From Anthoceros angustus (taxonomy: Eukaryota > Plantae > Anthocerotophyta): a stretch of 64,000 bases of DNA. The notes beneath the pieces were generated by a model. It was not told where the DNA came from, searched no databases, and saw only the letters and a program-made list of their open reading frames with translations. Positions 49,008 through 60,680 of this stretch are shown piece by piece. Both the position numbers and the translations under genes were made by a program. The stretch's first letter is position 1. Each line of letters starts with the position of its first letter. The stretch spans positions 496,001 to 560,000 of the forward strand of contig MU008177.1 of assembly GCA_010909165.1 (NCBI GenBank), written 5' to 3'.

Positions 49008-52000
49008 TGTGGAAGACCACATGTACACTAACCTCCCCGGACTTGGTTTGAATGTTTTTTTTTGTTTTTCTTATGTTTTGTGTGATGGAGTGCTTAGAAA
49101 ATGTCCGAGGCAAGGCCTTTTATACTAAAATGGTCCTTGGCCCATGACAATATTACTTTTACAAATAATTAGTCCTTGGGCCTCGAACTGTGAATATCGC
49201 CGTGCTAGAAGGTCCTTGGACCTTGGGATTTTAGGAATAAAATTGTCTATATAAGGTGGGGATCCTTCATTCAAAGCAGGGGCCTGTGAACAAGTGGAGA
49301 CGCCTGCACCTGGAGAAGTTCGTGAAGCTAGCGGAGAGGTATAAGCGGAGAGAGGTGAGGCTAGGGCCGTGGTCAAGAGAGAGGCAAATCAAGAAGGTAG
49401 AGCAACACACAGGGTCAAAACCAGCTAGAAGCAGCCACCACGGTGGTGGAGCCACCACCACCACGGTGGTGGAGCCGCCATCGTCATGGAAGAAGGACCC
49501 AAGGTGGGGAAGCCACCGCTGAGCTGAGGAGGGGATGCAACCGATTCCGTGAAGCAACCAGCCGGATTGTCCACGGAGCCGGGCATACCCTTCACAAAGT
49601 TGTGCTCGAGGAAATGAGCAAGGCGGAGGCTAGAGCATGGATGGAGGAACGCACGTTTGGCTGTCCGGATGAGGAGCGAGGAAACGTGCAGGGGCGTGAG
49701 ACGACGCCTCCTAGGAGGAGTGAAGGGACCTCGGATAGCGGGAGTGAGGTGGAGATATTAAGGGAGGATCTCGTGAGGCGTGGTAGGAGAGCGAGGGAAC
49801 ACCCATGGGCCGCAGGGCTAGGCGAGGCAAGGCCTTTTATACTAAAATGGTCCTTGGCCCATGACAATATTACTTTTACAAATAATTAGTCCTTGGGCCT
49901 CGAACTGTGAATATCGGTGCTAGAAGGTCCTTGGACCTTGGGATTTTAGGAATAAATTGTCTATATAAGGTGGGGATCCTTCATTCAAAGCAGGGGCCTG
50001 TGAACAAGTGGAGATGGGCACCTCCGGAGAAGTTCGTGAAGCTAGCGGAGAGGTATAAGCGGAGAGAGGCTAGGGCCAGGGTCAAGAGAGAGGCAAATCA
50101 AGAAGGAGAGCAACACACCGCAGTGAACACCGCTAGAAGCCCACGGTGGTGGAGCCACCGTCGGGCAGCCACCACGGTGGTGGAGCCGCCATCGTCGGAA
50201 GAAGGACCCAAGGTGGGGAAGCCACCGTGAGCGTCAGAGGAGGGGATGCAACCGATTCCGTGAAGCAACCAGCCGGATTGTCCACGGAGCCGGGCATACC
50301 CTTCACAGGTTGTGCTCGAGGAAATGAGCAAGGCGGAGGCTAGAGCGTGGGTGGAGGAACGCACTTTGTCCAGTGATGAGGAGCGAGGAAACGTGCGCAG
50401 GGGCAGTAGACGGACGGCGCCTCCTAGGAGGAGTGAAGGGACCTCGGATAGCGGGAGTGAGGTGGAGATATTAAGGGAGGATCTTCGGATCGAGGCGTGG
50501 TAGGAGAGCGAGGGAACACCCATGGGCCGCAGGGCTAGGCGCCTGAGCAAGCGCGCTGATTTTAGAGGGAGCGCATCATAGGTCGAGGCTTTCACTTGGA
50601 TTAGAGGATAAGGTGCTAGGAAGCTTGTGAATTTGTAGATACCGAATTGGTAGGCGCGTGGTAGGTTAGCCATCTTAGACACCGGAGGTAGGTTAGCCAT
50701 CTTTAACCGGAGGTAGGTTAGCCATCTTTAGACACCGAAAGTGAGCTATGGCGCGATGTATAAGAGACCCTTGAGTGTCTCTCTAATGCATACTGTGTGA
50801 GCTCCCGTGTGTCGAATTTGTGCGTGGTTGGTTGGAGACATCCGATCGATGATGGGCTGATTCGCAGGCCGCCCCTCTCGCCACAAGAGGGCCGGGAGAT
50901 CCTGGATGGTCGAGAGCCGAGTGACCAAGCTCCGTCTGGGTGACTAGTGGTGAAGGGTGCTCAATGCATGCCAGGAGAGGGAAATTCAGGGACCGGGTGA
51001 GATCGCGGGTGCGAATCGCCTGTGGAGCCGACCACTGCTTTTTTTTTTCCTTTCCCAACCCATGCCTAACCATTGTGTCTAATCCCAAGGAGGGGTCTGT
51101 GAGGGGTCTGTGGCCCAAGGAGGTCTGTGGTGGCCCAAGGAGGGGTCTGTGTGGCCCAAGGAGGGGTCTGTGGCCCAAGGAGGTCTGTGGCCCAAGGAGG
51201 GGTCTGTGGCCCAAGAGAGGTCTGTGGGAGAGAGGAGGATCTGAACATCTTGTGCGCGGTGGTGTATGAGGTCCTAGAAGAAAGGGGTGAGTGAGTCGTG
51301 TGTGAAGAGGAGTCTAGGAAGTGGTGAGCGCGAGAGTTCGGAAACGCGGAACGCGAGGAAGGTTGGGAATAAATTGTGGGGTCGAGGAAATCTGATGGAG
51401 TGAGGTGCGCGCGTGGCCATGGTGCATCCACCGGTGAGCTCGGGTGTGAATCCACATGAGTGTGACTTGGTGTACATGTGAACAGGTGCATAGGACCATA
51501 GCCCTTAACGAGCGAAAGGGAACCGGGCGCCAAATAGTCGATCGCGACGCGAAGCGCCGCGGCGGTGGGTCCACCACGGTGGTGGAGCCACCACGGTGGT
51601 GGAATCCACCACATGTGGTGGAATCCACGGCGGTGGTCGAACTTACCACGGTAGTTGATTATGGTGGTAGGAACCGATTGTAGGAGGACTAGAATCCATA
51701 GGAACATCTTGTGCGCGGTGTATGAGGTCCAGAAGAAAGGGGTGAGTGAGTCGTGTGTGAAGAGGAGTCTAGGAAGTGGTGAGCGAGTGGAAAATGCGAA
51801 CCGAGGAAGGTTGGGAATAAATTGTGGGGTCGAGGAATCACGGAGTGAGGTGCCGCGGCGTGCGTGGCCATGGTGCATCCACCGTGAGCTGTGAATCCAC
51901 ATGAGTGTGACTTGGTGTACATGTGAATCCGGTGCATAGGACCATAGCCCTTAACGAGTAGCGGGGAACCGGCGCCAAATAGTCGATCGCGACGCGGCGC

Positions 52001-52260
52001 GTCGGTGGGTCCACCATGGGTTGAATCCACCACCGGTGGCGAATCCACCACGGCGGTGGTGGAATCCACCACGGCGGTGGTCGAACTTACCACGGTAGTT
52101 GATTATGGCTGGGTAGGAACTAATTGTAGGAGGACTAGAATCCATAGTTTTGGAACATCTTGACACAAAACCATTCCCTTGGGATCGAATCCTAGGACTA
52201 TAACGACTTATGGGTAAATGTGGCCTCCTTGCGTCTCTGGATGCAAACACCCATTCCACA
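49008..52260 (+). repeat. Gag-only element LTR 3
   Basis: Same termini; internal duplications restart near 49826 and 51700. Confidence 0.85.
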
Positions 52261-52263
52261 TTT

Positions 52264-52281
52264 TGGCGCCGCTGCCGGGGA
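52264..52281 (+). promoter_or_regulatory. Primer-binding site TGGCGCCGCTGCCGGGGA (tRNA-Asp-like)
   Basis: 3 nt after the LTR-terminal CA; 17/18 match to TGGCGCCGTTGCCGGGGA, the complement of the plant tRNA-Asp(GUC) 3' end used by Athila. Other units read TGGCGCTGTCGGGAA. Confidence 0.75.
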
Positions 52282-52361
52282 GTGAAACTGCTGTCAGGAT
52301 TGTAGGAAAGACTAACCATAGCTTATGTGTCTAGTTTTTTAGTGTTTATCTGGCTTGGTAG

Positions 52362-53855
52362 ATGGATGCCACGAGTTGAGTGAGGAGTCAGTCGGGAAGA
52401 GAAGCCTCAAGCGCAACACCAAGCGAAAGATTGAGAGGGTTGCTCGGGAGTTGAGGAGGACCCAATTGGAGGACGACTTGTGGGGAAGGAAGGGGTAAGG
52501 AATCACGATTTGGGGTCCGATCTTGTTGGAGCAAGATCCCCAATCTCGGTCGGACGAGGTACCACGGCCGAGGAACCTTGGTCCAAACCTTGTCTCGACC
52601 TCTTCTAGGTGTGTGCGCAATCAGCCCCAATCAACTCGGACACGCTGGTCAACCACGCTACCACATAGCCACGTCATGTCCACCATCACGGCGGTGGTCA
52701 CCACCAAGCAACCTTACCTGCTGTATGGAGGGAAAGGGTATGAGGATCCCGATGAATTTGTTGAGCGTTGAGCTGACATTTGCAAACCAGAATCGGGTGA
52801 TGCACGCATTCAATGTCTATGGAGTTCTTCGGTCCAAAGAAGTGGTACAGCGAGTACCTGTCACCACACCCCAACCACCTTTGAAGAATTGAAGAATGCC
52901 TTCCGTGAGAGGTTTAGGGGATTGACATGGAGGGCTACGTGTTGTCCAAGCTTGAGAGGTTACAAAGAGAGAGGAAGGAAACCTTGCAAGCGATGTTGAG
53001 AGGTTTCACCACGTGATCGTAGTGGTCCTCATTCGAGCAGCACGGTGGTTCGCTAAAGGCCCGGTTCTAAGATGGGGAGACACGTAAGGTGGCAAGCGGA
53101 GAAGAATTTGGGCAAGGCTATCAAGGCGCTAAATTACGAGGAATCTAACTCGCAGGAGATGAAGAAGGCTAAGAAGACAGAAGAAGTCCAAAACGGGAAA
53201 AGAAAGGGATTCCTCATCGCCCCTGGAGAAAGTTCCTCAGAGAGGAAAGCTCCTCAAGATTCCCGAGGATTCCATGGAGGAAGAAACGAGTGACACTTGG
53301 AGGAAGATTCACGATGGGGAGCGCCGAGGAAAAGAAGAAATCAAGGGGTGAAGTGGAAGGGAAGAGCGCATGGGGAACAAAGAGCGAGGGCGAAACAAGA
53401 GGCGTTGTATGCAAAAAGATGCGGAGCAAGCAAGGAGGGAGGCCGAGGCAACCAAGAAAGTGGAACAACATGTATGGAGGCGAGAGGGCCAAACCCAATT
53501 CAAGAGGGGAAGGGAGACGAGATGGCCTCGAATGAGAAGGGAGAAAGAGCTTCACAAAATCGACGATCCGAAATTTGTGAGTATCCGGCACCGCCAAATT
53601 CCTCAAAACCTCTCTAAGGTACAAGAACAAAGCTGTCCATTACTCGCGACCGCTCAGAAGACACAAGACCAAGTTATATCGAATGGGACCGGACGGTAAC
53701 AACGCGGTGACGATCGAAAGGTGTGGATGGGTCCGCGTGGTCCCGGAGGTTTTCCACAATGGTTCCATCCGCAGATTTGAATGGTCGCTTTGCCAACCGA
53801 GTTGGTTGGCGAGTTGAAAAGTATTATCAATAAGTTGGCGAGGACGCCAACAAAT
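52362..53855 (+). pseudogene. gag, unit 3
   Basis: YGGKGYEDPDEFVER etc.; internal region 52261-53868 (1608 bp). Confidence 0.75.
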
Positions 53856-53868
53856 GAGAAGGGGAGTA

Positions 53869-55909
53869 TGTGGAAGACCACATGTACACTAACCTCCCTC
53901 GACTGTTGGTTTGAATGTTTTTTTGTTTTTCTTATGTTTTGTGTGATGGAGTGCTTAGGAAATGTCCGAGGCAAGGCCTTTTATACTAAAATGGTCCTTG
54001 GCCCATGACAATATTACTTTTACAAATAATTAGTCCTTGGGCCTCGAACTGTGAATATCGGTGCTAGAAGGTCCTTGGACCTTGGGATTTTAGGAATAAA
54101 AATTGTCTATATAAGGTGGGGATCCTTCATTCAAAGAACAGGGGCCTGGAAGAAGTCCAAAACGGGAAAAGAAAGGGATTCCTCATCGCCCCTGGAGAAA
54201 GTTCCTGTGAGAGGAAAGCTCCTCAAGATTCCCGAGGATTCCATGGAGGAAGAAACGAGTGACACTTGGAGGAAGATTCGATGGGGAGCGCCGAGGAAAA
54301 AGAAGAATCAAGGGTGAAGTGGAAGGGAAGAGCGCGTGGGGAACAAAGAGTCGAGGGCGAAACAAGAGGCGTTGTATGCAAAAAGATGGAGCAAGCAAGG
54401 AGGGAGGCCGAGGCGGCAACCAAGAAAGTGGAACAACACAAGTGGAGGCGAGAGGGCCAAACCCAATTCAAGAGGGGAAGGGAGATAGATGGCCTCGAAT
54501 GAGAAGGGAGAAAGAGCTTCACAAAATCGACGATCTCGAAATTTGTGAGTATCCGGCACCGCCAAATTCCTCAAAACCTCTCTAAGGTACAAGAACAAAG
54601 CGTCATTCATTACTCGCGACCGCTCGTACACAAGACCAAGTTATATCGAATGGGACCGGACGGTAACAACGGTTATGGGTGACGAGAGTGGTGGATGGGT
54701 CCGCTCGGTCCCGGAGGTTTTCCACAATGGTTCCATCCACAGATTGAATGGTCGCCAACCGAGTTGGTTGGCGAGTTGAAAAGTATTATCAATAAGTTGG
54801 CGAGGACGCCAACAAATGAGAAGGGGAGTATGTGGAAGACCACATGTACACTAACCTCCCCGACTTGGTTTGAATGTTTTTTTGTTTTTCTTATGTTTTG
54901 TGTGATGGAGTGCTTAGGAAATGTCCGAGGCAAGGCCTTTTATACTAAAATGGTCCTTGGCCCATGACAATATTACTTTTACAAATAATTAGTCCTTGGG
55001 CCTCGAACTGAATATCGCCGCTAGAAGGTCCTTGGACCTTGGGATTTTAGGAATAAAAATTGTCTATATAAGGTGGGGATCCTTCATTCAACAGGGGCCT
55101 GTGAACAAGTGGAGACTGGCACCTCCGGAGAAGTTCAGAAGCTAGGAGAGGTATAAGCGGAGAGAGGTGAGGCTAGGGCCGTGGTCAAGAGAGAGGCAGT
55201 GCAAATAAGAAGGACAGGAAGAAGTCCAAAACGGGAAAAGAAAGGGATTCCTCATCGCCCCTGGAGAAAGTTCCTCAGAGAGGAAAGCTCCTCAAGATTC
55301 CCGAGGATTCCATGGAGGAAGAAACGAGTGACTTGGAGGAAGATTCGATGGGGAGCGCACGAGGAAAAGAAGAAATCAAGGGTGAAGTGGAAGGGAAGAA
55401 GAGTCACATGGGGAACAAAGAGTCTGAGGGCGAAACAAGAGGCGCTATGCAAAAAGATGCGAGCAAGCAAGGAGGGAGGCCGAGGCAACCAAGAAAGTGG
55501 AACAACATGTATGGGAGGCGAGAGGCTGACCCAATTCAAGAGGGGAAGGGAGACGAGATGGCCTCGAATGAGAAGGGAGAAAGAGCTTCACAAAATCGAC
55601 GATCTCGAAATTTGTGAGTATCCGGCACCGCCAAATTCCTCAAAACCTCTCTAAGGTACAAAGAATGTCATTCCATTACTCGCGACCGCTCGTAAGACAC
55701 AAGACCAAGTTATATCGAATGGGACCGGACGGTAATAAACGGTTATGGGTGACGATCGAAAGGTGGATGGGTCCGCTCGGTCCCGGAGGTTTTCCACAAT
55801 GGTTCCATCCACCGCAGATTTGAATGGCCTTTGCCAACCGAGTTGGTTGGCGAGTTGAAAAGTATTATCAATAAGTTGGCGAGGACGCCAACAAATGAGA
55901 AGGGGAGTA
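53869..55909 (+). repeat. Two truncated units: LTR 5' part fused to the gag 3' half plus PPT
   Basis: LTR starts at 53869 and 54831 jump at ~54148 and ~55212 into GAAGAAGTCCAAAACGGG of gag. Confidence 0.8.
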
Positions 55910-58900
55910 TGTGGAAGACCACATGTACACTAACCCTCCCCGACTTGGTTTGAATGTTTTTTTTGTTTTTCTTATGTTTTGTGTGATGGAGTGCTTAGGA
56001 AATGTCCGAGGCAAGGCCTTTTATACTAAAATGGTCCTTGGCCCATGACAATATTACTTTTACAAATAATTAGTCCTTGGGCCTCGAACTGAATATCGCC
56101 GCTAGAAGGTCCTTGGACCTTGGGATTTTAGGAATAAAAATTGTCTATATAAGGTGGGGATCCTTCATTCAAAGAAGGGGCCTGTGAACAAGTGGAGACG
56201 CCTGCACCTCCGGAGAAGTTCGAAGCTAGCGGAGAGGTATAAGCGGAGAGAGGTGAGGCTAGGGCCGTGGTCAAGAGAGGCAGCAAACCAAGAAGGGGTA
56301 GAGCAACAACCACCGCAGGGTCAAATACCACTTGGGGAAGCAGCCACCACGGTGGTGGAGCCACCACCGTCAGGGGCAGCCACCACGGTGGTGGAGCCGC
56401 CATCGGAAGAAGGACCCAAGGTGGGGAAGCCACCGTGACAGAGGAGGGGATGCAACCCCTCGATTCCGTGAAGCAACCAGCCTGGATTGTCCACGGAGCC
56501 GGGCATACCTTCACAAAGTTGTGCTCGAGGAAATGAGCAAGGCGGAGGCTAGAGCATGGATGGAGGAACGCACGCTTTGGCTGTCCGGATGAGGAGCGAG
56601 GAAACGCGGCGCATGAGACGACGGCGCCTCCTAGGAGGAGTGAAGGACCTGGATGGAGTGAGGTGGAGATATTAAGGGAGGATCTTCGGATCGAGGCGTG
56701 GTAGGAGAGCGAGGGAACACCCATGGGCCGCAGGGCTAGGCGGCCATGAGGCAAGCGCTGATTTTAGAGGGAGCGCATCATAGGTCGAGGCTTTCACTTG
56801 GATTAGAGGATAAGGTGCTAGGAAGCTTGTGAATTTGTAGATACCGAATTGGTAGGCGCGCTGGTAGTTAGCCATCTTTAGACACCGGAGGTAGGTTAGC
56901 CATCTTAGACACCGGAGGTAGGTTAGCCATCTTTAGACACCGAAAGTGAGCTGCTGAGCCGGATGTATAAGAGACCCTTGAGTGTCTCTGCATAATTCTG
57001 TGTGAGCTCCGTGTGTCGAATTTGTGCGTGGTTGGTTGGAGACATCCAATCGATGATGGGCTGATTCGTGGCCGCCTCTCGCCACAAGAGGGCCGGGAGA
57101 TCCTCGGATGGTCGAGAGCCGAGTGACCAAGCTCCGCATCTGGGTGACTAGTGGTGAAGGGTGCTCAATGCATGCCAGAGAGGGAAATTCGCTGGGGACC
57201 GGGTGAGATCGCGGGTGTGCGAATCGCCTGTGGAGCCGACCACTGTTTTTTTTCCTTTCCCAACCCACTGCCTAACCACAGTGTCTAATCCCAAGGAGGG
57301 TCTGGGCCTGTGAACAAGTGGAGACGCCTGCACCTGGAGAAGTTCGGGAAGCTAGCGGAGAGGTATAAGCGGAGAGAGGTGAGGCGGGTCAAGAGAGGCA
57401 GCAAATCAAGAAGGGTAGAGCAACAGCCACCGGTCAAAACAACCACCGCTGGGAAGCCACCACGGTGGTGGAGCCACCACCGTCAGCGCACCAGTGGTGG
57501 AGCCGCCATCGTCGGAAGAAGGACCCAAGGTGGGGAAGCCACCGGAGCGTCAGAGAGGGGATGCAACCCCTCGATTCCGTGAAGCAACCAGCCTGGATTG
57601 TCCACGAGCCGGGCATACCTTCAAAGTTGTGCTCGAGGAAATGAGCAAGGAGGCTAGAGCATGGATGGAGGAACGCACGCTTTGGCTGTCCGGATGAGGA
57701 GCGAGGAAACGTGCAGGGGCGAGAGACGGCGCCTCCTAGGAGGAGTGAAGGACCCTGAAAGGGAGTGAGGTGGAGATATTAAGGGAGGATCTTCGGATCG
57801 AGGCGTGGTAGGAGAGCGAGGGAACACCCATGGGCCGCAGGGCTAGGCGCTGAGGCAAGCTGATTTTAGAGGGGAGGCATCATAGGTCGAGGCTTTCACT
57901 TGGATTAGAGGATAAGGTGCTAGGAAGCTTGTGAATTTGTAGATACCGAATTGGTAGGCGCGTGGTTAGCCATCTTTAAACACCGGAGGTAGGTTAGCCA
58001 TCTTTAGACACTGGAAAGTGAGCTATGGCCACGGCCGATGTATAAGAGACCCTTGAGTGTCTCTCTTAACAATTCTGTGTGAGCTCCGTGTGTCGAATTT
58101 GCGTGCGTGGTTGGTTGGAGACATCCAATCGATGATGGGCTGATTCGTGCCGCCCTCGTCACAAGAGGGCCGGGAGATCCTGGATGGTCGAGAGCCGAGT
58201 GACCAAGCTCCGTCTGGGTGACTAGTGGTGAAGGGTGCTCAATGCATGCCAGGAGAGGGAAATTCTGGGGACCGGGTGAGATCGCTGGTGCGAATCACTG
58301 TGGAGCCGACCACTGTTTTTTCCTTTCCCAACCCACTGCCTAACCAGATTGTGTCTAATCCCAAGGAGGGTCTGTGGCTGTGGAGGGCCCAAGAGGAGGG
58401 TCTGTGTGGCCCAAGGAGGTCTGTGGCCCAAGGAGGGGTCTGTGGCCCAAGAGAGGTCTGTGGCCAAGAGAGGAGGATCTGTGGGAACATCTTGTGCGCG
58501 GTGGTGTATGAGGTCCTAGAAGAAAGGGGGTGAGTGAGTCGTTGTGTGAAGGGGAGTCTAGGAAGTGGTGAGCGCGAGAGTCTGGAAACGCGGAACGCTG
58601 AGGAAGGTTGGGAATAAATTGTGGGGTCAGAGGAAATCAGCGACGGAGTGAGGTGCCGCGGCGTGCGTGGCCATGGTGTGCATCCACCAGTGAGCTCTGG
58701 GTGTGAATCCACATGAGTGTGACTTGGTGTACATGTGAATCTGTGCATAGGACCATAGCCCTTAACGAGCGGGGAACCGGCCAAATAGTCGATCGCGACG
58801 CGCGCGGTCGGGTGGGTTCCACCGTGGTTGATCACCACCGCGGTGGAACCCACCACGGTGGTGGAATCCACCACGGCGTGGTCGAACCACCACGGTAGTT

Positions 58901-59052
58901 GATTATGGTAGGAACCGATTGTAGGAGGACTAGAATCCATAGTTTTAGAACATCTTGACACAAAACCATTCCCTTGGGATCGAATCCTAGGACTATAACG
59001 ACATAGAGGGTAAATGTGGCCTCTTTGCCTTCGGATGCAAAACCATTCCACA
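55910..59052 (+). repeat. Gag-only element LTR 4
   Basis: Same termini; ~1 kb internal duplication restarting near 57303; PBS at 59056. Confidence 0.85.
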
Positions 59053-59142
59053 TTTTGGCGCTGTCGGGAATGAAATGTCAGATTATAGGAAAGACTAACC
59101 ATAGCTTAGGTGTCTAGTCTTTGAGTGTATTTAGTTTGGTAG

Positions 59143-60668
59143 ATGGATGCCACGAGTTGAGTCGGAGGATCGAGTCAGTCGGGAAGAAAGCCTCAAGCCG
59201 CACAACACCAAGGAAAAGATTGAGGAGGGTTGCGGATCGGGAGTTGAGGAGGACCCAATTGAGGACGACTTGTGGGGAAGGAAGGAATCATCGATTCGGG
59301 GTCCGATCTGTTGAGCAAGATCCCCAATCTGGTCGAGGTACCACGGCCGAGACCTTGGTCCAAACCTTGTCTTCCGACCTCTCTAGGTGTGTGCGCATCC
59401 GCAGCCAATCAATTGTGGAATCGCCGCATCAATCACCACCAACATAGCCGCGTCATGTCCACCATGCCGGTGGTGGTCACCACCAAGCAACCTTACCTGC
59501 TGTATGGAGAGGGAAAGGGTATGAGGATCCCGACGAATTTGTTGAGCGTTTTGAGCAGCTGACATTTGCAAAACCAGCGGGCGGCGATGCGATTCAACTG
59601 CTCTATGGAGTTCTTCGGGCGGTCCAAAGAAAGTGGCAGACGCGATTAAGTCACCACACCCCAACCACCTTTGAAGAATTGAAGAATGCCTTCCGTGAGA
59701 GGTTTAGGGGATTGACATGGAGGGCTACGTGTTGTCCAAGCTTGAGAGGTTACAAAGAGAGAGGAAGGAAACCTTGCAAGCGTATGTTGAGAGGTTTCAT
59801 ACCACGTGATCGTAGTGGTCCTCATTCGAGCCGCAGTAATACGGTGGTTCGCTAAAGGCCCGGTTCTAAGATGGGGAGACACGTAAGGTGGCAAGCGGAG
59901 AAGAATTTGGGCAAGGCTATCAAGGCGGCGCTAAATTACGAGGAATCTAACTCGCAGGAGATGAAGAAGGCTAAGAAGATGAAGAAGTCCAAAACGGGAA
60001 AAGAAAGGGATTCCTCATCGCCCTCGGGAGAAAGTTCCTCAGAGAGGAAAGCTCCTCAAGATTCTGAGGATTCCATGGAGGAAGAAACGAGTGACTGGAG
60101 GAAGATTCACGATGGGGAGCGCACGGAGGAAAAGAAGAAATCAAGGGTGAAGTGGAAGGAAGAAGAGTCTATGGGGAACAAAGAGTCGAGGGCGAAACAA
60201 GAGGCGCTATGCAAAAAAGATGCGGAGCAAGCAAGGAGGGAGGCCGAGGCGGCAACCAAGAAAGTGGAACAACATGTATGGAGGCGAGAGGGCCAAACCC
60301 AATTCAAGAGGGGAAGGGAGACGAGATGGCCTCGAATGAGAAGGGAGAAAGAGCTTCACAAAACCGACGATCCGAAATTTGTGAGTATCCGGCACCGCCA
60401 AATTCCTCAAAACCTCTCTAAGGTACAAAGAAAGGCGTCATTCATTACTCGCGACTGCTCAGAAGAAGACACAAGACCAAGTTATATCGAATGGGACCGG
60501 ACGGTAACAAACGGTTATGGGTGACGAAGGTGGATGGGTCCGCTCAGTGGTCCCGGAGGTTTTCCACAATGGTTCCATCCACCGCAGATTTGAATGGTCG
60601 CTTTGCCAACCGAGTTGGTTGGCGAGTTGAAAAGTATTATCAATAAGTTGGCGAGGACGCCAACAAAT
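59143..60668 (+). pseudogene. gag, unit 4
   Basis: ORF 59871..60524 gives the longest open stretch; internal region 59053-60680. Confidence 0.75.
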
Positions 60669-60680
60669 GAGAAGGGAGTA

